Assembly: GCA_016748015.1 (NCBI GenBank)
Contig: JAAOMT010000496.1
Span: 2,311 to 29,286, forward strand
Direction of reading: 5' to 3'
Source of the DNA: Geosiphon pyriformis uo1
Lineage: Eukaryota; Fungi; Glomeromycota
DNA: 26,976 nucleotides
Shown: piece by piece, positions 20,153 to 26,976 of the stretch
How positions within the stretch are numbered: position 1 is the first letter of the stretch
Layout of the letters: each line of letters opens with the position of its first letter
The notes under the pieces: model-generated
What the model was told of the DNA's origin: nothing
What the model saw: the letters and a program-made list of their open reading frames with translations, nothing else
Databases searched by the model: none
Made by a program: the position numbers and the translations under genes

Positions 20153-21470
20153 ATGAACATACAAAAATATCAACAACTGCAACATTACATAAACACTCAA
20201 CAGTTCAAAGAGAATTTATCTCAAACAGAACAAAAAAGTATTAAACAACAATCAATATATTTCATCACTCACCAAAATATACTTTATCAGAAAAATAGAA
20301 GAGATCTAAAGCAACCAACCAGAGTAATTACAGAGCCAGAAAAAGAGACAATATTATTCAACATGCACTCAAATCCAACAGCAGGACACTTTCACAAAGA
20401 AGCAACCATAAAAAGAACCAGAAAAAGATACTATTGGTCATCAATATATCCAGACATCATCCAATATGTTCAAAATTGTGATGCTTGTCAGTAAAGAGGA
20501 AGTAAAAAACCCAGTGAACCATTAAGACTAATCAAAGTGGAACAATCATTCAACCGTATTGGAATTGATTTAGTCAGACCATTAACAATCACCAGCGGAG
20601 AAAACAGATACATAGCAGTAGCCATGGACTATCTCACTAAATGGCCAGAGGCAAAAGCAATTCAAAGAGTAGATGCAGAATCTGTTGCTGAATTCGTTCA
20701 TCAAGATTTAATTTGTCAACATAGATGTTCAAAAGAATTATTATCAGACCAAAGAACTCATTTTGTGAACAGAACATTAACAGAATTGAGCCAAAGATTC
20801 GGAATTAAGAGACCACTATCATCATCATACCATCCACAAACCAACAGATTAGTCGAAAGATTCAACAGAACATTGTGTAAAGCAATAGCTAAGCTCAGCC
20901 AAGAAAACCAGAATGATTGGGATTTGTTGATACAATCAGTACTATTTGCTTATCGGACAATGAAGCAAGATACTACACAAGCAACACCATTTGAATTAGT
21001 ATATGGTAGAACAGCAACACTACCAGTGGAAATAGAAGTTAGCACATACTCAACTGAACCAATAACAGAAAAAAATTTCAAAAACACATTGTTGAGAAGA
21101 ACATATGACTTAATGGAAACATTAGAAAACAAACAACAAAGAGCAGCTGATAATATACAAAAGTCACAAGAGAAACAAAAAAAAAGACATGATAACCAAC
21201 TACCAGATAAACCAGTTGAATTCAAGATTGGAGACAAAGTACTACTACATCGTACCAAAGCAGAAAAACAATGGAGTGGAAAATTTGACCCCAAATGGAA
21301 CAGACCATTTCACATAGAAAAAATTTTAGGAAATGGAGCTTACAAATTAAGATTGAATAACAAAATCTTGACCAAAACAGCACATAGAGATCGACTAAAA
21401 CTATACCACCATATAGCATCATCATCTACCAATAATATTCCACAATTAAGAGTACAGAGAATACTAGTCC
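20153..21470 (+). pseudogene. Separately initiated integrase of element B (HHCC, DDE, GPY/F SH3-like)
   Basis: ATG at 20153; MHSNPTAGHF...YYWS...CDAC; GIDLV...SDQ...VERFN; FKIGDKVLL. One stop at 20492-20494. Confidence 0.92.
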
Positions 21471-23339
21471 AATCCAGTTTCACCCAAAATCAGAATTCCC
21501 AACACTATTTAAGTTTCTTGGTTACTTCAGAAAACACCATCTTCTACAACTCAGAAGCCAATCGACAACCAGCACTTACTAGTAACATATCTTCAGCCAC
21601 CATCACCAACAATGAAACATTGGCTGCCATATTCCCTTTTAAACTCGAGGAAACCACAACAGTACCACTATTCAGTAGAGCCACCCTAAAAGAAAAACCC
21701 ATCACGGCAATGTACACTGATGTGAAAATTAATGGCCAGTTCATCAAACTGATCTTAGACAGCAGATCAGCTGACAACATCATCACAAAACAACTTATGA
21801 ACCAATTAGGTCACCAGATTAATTGAGCTGCCAGTGCATGCATTATCACAGCTGATAAAGTGACCAAAACTCCAATCGATGAAATTGATAACTTCCTAAT
21901 TGAGATCAATAACATTACAATACCCATCAAAGTCCTTGTGATGGAAACCACTCAGTACCAAGTGCTAATTGGTAATGACTGGCTTACTAAAACAAATGCC
22001 ATCCTTAATTGGACCACTCAGGAGTTGCAGCTCAGCCAGAATGGCCAACACACGAGAGTACCAGCAACATGTGGCCATTTCAAACCCAGCAGCATTATGC
22101 TAGCCCCATTAATTGAGTTTGAGGAAGAGAAAAGAAAACTAACATAGGAGGCTTATCAAGTCTCATGGGCTGACAAAGACCACAATGAGCTGCCACCAAT
22201 ACTATCATGAGATGACAACAAAAAGGAAAAACAAAAAGAAGAACTTATCTGGAACACTGACCAAGTCTGGAAAATTAACAACAATCAAGAAGACCTATCA
22301 ATCTGGAGGTGGGAGGAAAGCAATCAAGAAAAAGGGAAAAGAAAGAAAAAAAACCGACTTGAAACCAACAAAACCACCAAAGCCAGCACCAATGAATGAG
22401 GAAGATTCTACTCAACTGACACCAAACTAGAGCCACTGTATATTCCTCTCAAGTGTAAAGACTGCAACAAGAAGTTGTTCTCAATGGGAGCTTGGGTTGC
22501 GCCAGATAAAGACTACTGGATGCACACCTATTACTATTACAAACTATGCCACCGTGAATGCTACAGATATCCAAAGTGCCAAGGCAAGTGGAACAACAAA
22601 CTATGTCTCACTTGTGGTGAACAGCTACTCAATGAAGGGATGTGGAATAACATTCCTGGTCGAGGAAGAACATGTGACACTTCGTGCCAGTACACGATCC
22701 TCATCAGTGACTAGGTAAGTCATGGAACACCCATCACAGCAGTCTGGCACCAAGCAATCTCTTGCTTAGAATGTTATCCACACAACGAGGATGAGATCTG
22801 GTGAATGGCCAACATCAAAGTAGAAAGCACTTCACCCAGCGAAATTTTGGAGATCAAGAACAACCCTCCAGAACCAACAGACATTGTTTTGGTTCTCAAC
22901 CTGAACACTTTTCTTGATTTAAAAAACAGCCCAGAAGAATTTCATAAATATTATCAGAATCTAGCACCCACGAGAGAAGAGCAAGAGCAACATTTGGAGG
23001 AAATCAATACCTGATTATGTAACTACTGTTTAATTCTATATGACTTCTAATTCTGTAATGATTGTGACCTCATTTACAATCCATCACTACATATGATCTA
23101 TACAATTCCAGAAGAAAAAGAACCAATCAGCAGCTGTACATCAGAATCAGAATCAGTTTTCAATCCCAATTTAAGCTCCGACAATGACGACAACAAAAAC
23201 ACCAGTTCCAGCTCCATTCAAAATGGCAATAAAAACATCAGCAATTGGGACTCCAATTCAAACCCAGAAATATATATTGCACTCCCTGATCTTACCAAGG
23301 AGCAGATCCTGAAATGGTTCAGTAATAATAAGAAAGAGA

Positions 23340-24120
23340 TTATGCCAGAACATGCACACAATACTAATACCAGATTTGATTTGAGGTATCTAAAGAAAGA
23401 TGCCATCAAAATAGAGCCACATTCATGTACTTGCATCAATCTGAAAATAGCATTGGAAATACCAGCAACAACTATAGTTCAACTAGCTTCCAGAAGTAGT
23501 TTAGCAAAAAGAGAGATTACTATAAAAAAAGGAATAATCAATGCTGAATATGTGGGAAATATCATGGCAATACTACAAAATGACTCAGAAAAGACCTATA
23601 TTATAGAACCAAATGAAAAGATAGCACAGACAATATTCTTGCCTCTGGTTAGAGTAGCTCAGTTAGTATCAGTGGGAAAAAAAAAATTAAGGATAACTGC
23701 TAGAGAAATACAGAGATTTGGATCCATAGGTAGAATAGATATACTAGTCAATATGGCAGAAGAAGAAATTATTGGCCAAAGAGAAATTATCTCAACTAAT
23801 CAAGTAATTTTTATTCCACCATATAACCAGTACATGGTAGTTGTAGAAAAAAAAGTGAAAGATAAGGATCAAATTTTTGAAGCAGAAACAAGCCTTTGTG
23901 AATCAGAAGAGATTAAACTTATTAATCTCCACATACTAGCCAAAAGCCACAACCATATCAAAATTCCTATTTACAACACAACAAGAGATGCCATCACAAT
24001 ACCAAAGGGAATCATCATTGGATACATGAGCACTGAATTAGAAAATCAACCACCAAGCATTATTCCAGATTTTCCACAGCTTTGTAAATATGTTGACATC
24101 ACATCACAAACAATATATGA
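23340..24120 (+). pseudogene. dut: Degenerate dUTPase plus dUTPase-like linker of element D
   Basis: NTRFDL, ASRSS, GIINAEY, KIAQTIF and REIQRFGSIG inside ORF 23093..24415. Confidence 0.88.
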
Positions 24121-24229
24121 ACAAAATGAATGTTATTTGCTCCAACCAAAACAATTGGAACAAATGAACATGGGAAATCTAAACCCACTTCAATGCATGC
24201 AACTGAAGATATTGCTTAACAACTTGAAT

Positions 24230-25564
24230 GACATCTTCACTAGTGAAAACAAATTTGGCAGAACTGACATTATTCAACACCAAATCAAAACTGGAGATGC
24301 TATGCCAATAAAACAACAAGCATACAGAGTACCACTCGCCAGCCATGAAATTATTTGTCAAGAAATCAACCGAATGCTTGACAACAGGTTAATTCAGTCA
24401 TCAATGAGCCCATGATCATCATCAGTAGTACTCGTCTGGAAAAAAAATGGGAAAATCTGCTTTTGTATGAGTTACAGAAAGCTTAATAGAATCATGCGTG
24501 AAGACAGCTATCCAACTCCATGGATTCAAGAATTATTTGATGCTTTTGGGGGAAACAAATGATTCTCAACATTGGATTTAGATAGTGGTTACTAACAAGT
24601 AGCCATGGATTCAGTGGACAAAGAAAAAACCACATTCACAACATGGGAGAGAAATTTTGAATTTGAAGTGATACCATTCGGCTTAATAAATGCTTCAGTC
24701 ACATTCCAGTGGCTAATAGAAATAGTATATACTGGCTTATTGTGGAAATCAGTAGTTGTTTATTTAGATGACACCAATGTGTTCTCCAAAACATTCGATG
24801 ATCATTTGCATCATTTACAACAAGTGTTTGAAAGACTACAACAGGCAGGGCTAAAGTTAAACACCAATAAGTGCTTCTTTGGCAAGACAGAATTAAACTT
24901 TTTAGGGCACATAGTAAGCAAAGATGGCATCAAAATGGATCCAAAAAAGATAGAGATAGTCAAAAACTTTCCAGTACTAACCAATGTGACAGAGTTAAAG
25001 TCATTCTTGGGATTCGTAGGCTATTATCAATGCTTTATCAAAAACTTTTCCAAGATAGTCCAACCACTCAATTATCTTTAAACCAAGAATGTGAAATATG
25101 AATGAACAAAAGCACAACAAGAAGCTTTTGATATTCTAAAAAGAAAGCTTATACAAGCTTCAGTACTGATCTATCCAGATCACAATAAACCATTTATTAT
25201 TACCACTAATGCATCAGGCCAAGCATTGGGAGCAGTACTATCACAGAAAAGACCGGATGAAAGAGAACATCCAGTCACATATGCCAGCCAAGGTTTAACT
25301 TCAGCTAAAAGAAATTATGAAACACCAGAATTAGAACATTTAACAATTTATTGGGCAGTCATGAAATGGAGTGAATACTTGAGCCAGAAGTTTGATGTAT
25401 ACACAGACCACAAGAAATTAACAGCACTTCATAAACAGGAATTTGGAGATAGAAGACAATTAAAATGAAAAATAGCACTATTACCATATATTTACACTAT
25501 ACATTATAAAAAGAGAAAAGACAATAGAAATGCTGACAGTTTGTCACAAATGAGACAAATCTAA
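24230..25564 (+). pseudogene. pol: RT-RNase H of element D
   Basis: IPFGLINASVTFQ, VVVYLDDTNVFS, FLGHIVS, GAVLSQ...NADSLSQMRQI*. Confidence 0.92.
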
Positions 25565-25625
25565 AAACATTTCAACCCAAAAATATAACAAAACCAAACC
25601 AAACCCAATGAAAATATAACAAAAG

Positions 25626-26976
25626 ATGAACACACAAAAATACCAACAGCTTTAACATTATATAATTACCCAACAGTTCAAGGAGAAATTATCTCAAAAT
25701 AAACAAAATAGCATCAAGCAACAATTAAAATATTTTATCAGTCATCAAAATATACTTTACTGAAAGAATAAACAAAATCCTGACCAACCAACCAGAGTAG
25801 TTACAGAACCAAAAAAAGAAACAATACTGTTCAATATGCACTCAAATCCAACAGCAGAATATTTCCACAAAGAAGCAACCATGGAAAGAACCAGAAAAAG
25901 ATACTATTGGCCATCAATGTATCCAGATATTATCCAATATGTCCAAAATTGTGATGCTTGTTAAAAAAGAGGAGGAACAAAACCCAGTGAACCATTAAGA
26001 CCAATCAAAGTGGGACAACCATTTGATCGCATTGGAATTGATTTAGTCAGACCATTAACAATCACCAGTAGAAAAAATAGATATATTGAAGTAGTCATGA
26101 ACTATCTCACTAAATGGCCAGAAGCAAAAGCAATTCAAAGAGTGGATGCAGAATCCATTGCCGAATTCATTCATCAAGACTTGATTTGTCAATATGAATG
26201 TCCAAAAGAATTATTATCAGACCAAAAAACTCACTTTGTGAACAGAACACTAGCAGAATTGAACCAAAGATTCGGAATTAAAAGACCACTATCATTACTA
26301 TATCATCCACAAACAAATGGTTTAGTTGAAAGATTTAATAGAACATTATGTAAAGCAATCACCAAACTCAGCCAAGAAAATTAGGACAAATGGGATTTGT
26401 TTATACCATCAGTATTATTTGCTTATCAGACAATGAGACAAAATACTATACAAGCAACACCATTTGAATTGAAATATGGTAGAACAGCAACATTACCAGT
26501 TGAAAGAGAGGTCAGCACATATCCAACGGAACCAATAACAGAAGAGAATTTCCAAGAAACATTGTTAAGAAAAACATATGACCTAATGGAAACACTAGAA
26601 AACAGATGACGAAAAGCAGTTGATAACATTCAAAAATCTCAAGAAAAGCAAAAAAAATGACATGATAACCAATTACCAGATAAACCAGTTGAATTCAAGA
26701 TTGGGGACAAAGTACTTCTACATTGTACCAAAGCAAAAAAACAATAGAGTGGAAAATTTGACCCTAAATGAGATGGACCATTTTACATAGAAGAAATTCT
26801 AGGAAATGAAGCTTATAAATTAAGATGGGACAACAAAATCTTAGCCAAAGCAGCACATGGTGATTGACTAAAACTATATCACCAGATAGCATCATCATTC
26901 ACCCAATACCATTCCACAGTTAGGAGTACAAAGAATAACAGTTCAACCAGATGAGATTCCACAAGATCTGGAACCA
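25626..26976 (+). pseudogene. Separately initiated integrase of element D
   Basis: ATG at 25626 (MNTQKYQQL), HHCC remnants, core in ORF 26010..26384, C-terminus ending ...IPQDLEP at the window edge. Confidence 0.9.

Larger units (their letters stand above)
2353..21470 (+). mobile_element. Element B: decayed Ty3/gypsy element carrying nested element C and a solo LTR; no 3' LTR seen
   Basis: LTR, PBS, gag and PR come first. Removing 6457-15952 restores PLHILLKCKDC and removing 18048-19048 restores SYPTPWIQEL. RT, RNase H and integrase follow. Confidence 0.9.
21475..26976 (+). mobile_element. Element D: second B-like unit (gag tail, PR, Cys-rich module, dUTPase, RT, RNase H, integrase) running off the window
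   Basis: PR LILDSRSADNII (~21750), Cys-rich module 22450-23075, dUTPase 23340-23730, RT YLDD in 24605..25081, RNase H to TAA 25562-25564, integrase from ATG 25626. Confidence 0.92.

Noticed and set aside
20537-21826. 429-aa integrase-protease ORF as a functional novel gene or a copia/Gmr1-type domain order
   Set aside because: Catalytic regions are decayed (SDQR, DSRSAD) and the ORF arises from the B/D junction; each unit has standard PR-RT-RH-INT order.

Overview
AT-rich eukaryotic DNA made entirely of nested, mostly decayed Ty3/gypsy (Metaviridae) LTR retrotransposons. I see no host genes, RNA genes or CRISPR arrays. The protein style suggests a Glomeromycotina/Mucoromycota fungus, possibly Geosiphon-like; this is recollection and unverified. 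Layers: (A) minus-strand fragment 1-2352; (B) plus-strand element with 5' LTR 2353-3263, running to ~21470; (C) near-complete minus-strand element 6457-15948 inserted in B, with paired ~870-bp LTRs, 4-bp TSD ACAT, PBS and PPT; (S) solo LTR 18048-19044 inserted in B's RT (TSD ATGG); (D) a second B-like PR-to-integrase unit fused to B's integrase at ~21475 and running off the window. As far as each copy extends, they share an unusual layout: helical N-domain, capsid, CCHC knuckle, Q/N/Y-rich tract, protease, triple Cys-rich zinc-finger module, dUTPase, a second dUTPase-like domain, RT, RNase H, then STOP. The integrase is a separate ORF with its own ATG in all three copies that include it. Element C also has an intact 222-aa orphan ORF at the env position. 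Substitutions between the two LTRs of C are all C/T or G/A transitions. A Tn5/Nextera mosaic end at 9613-9631 marks an assembly chimera between two N gaps.
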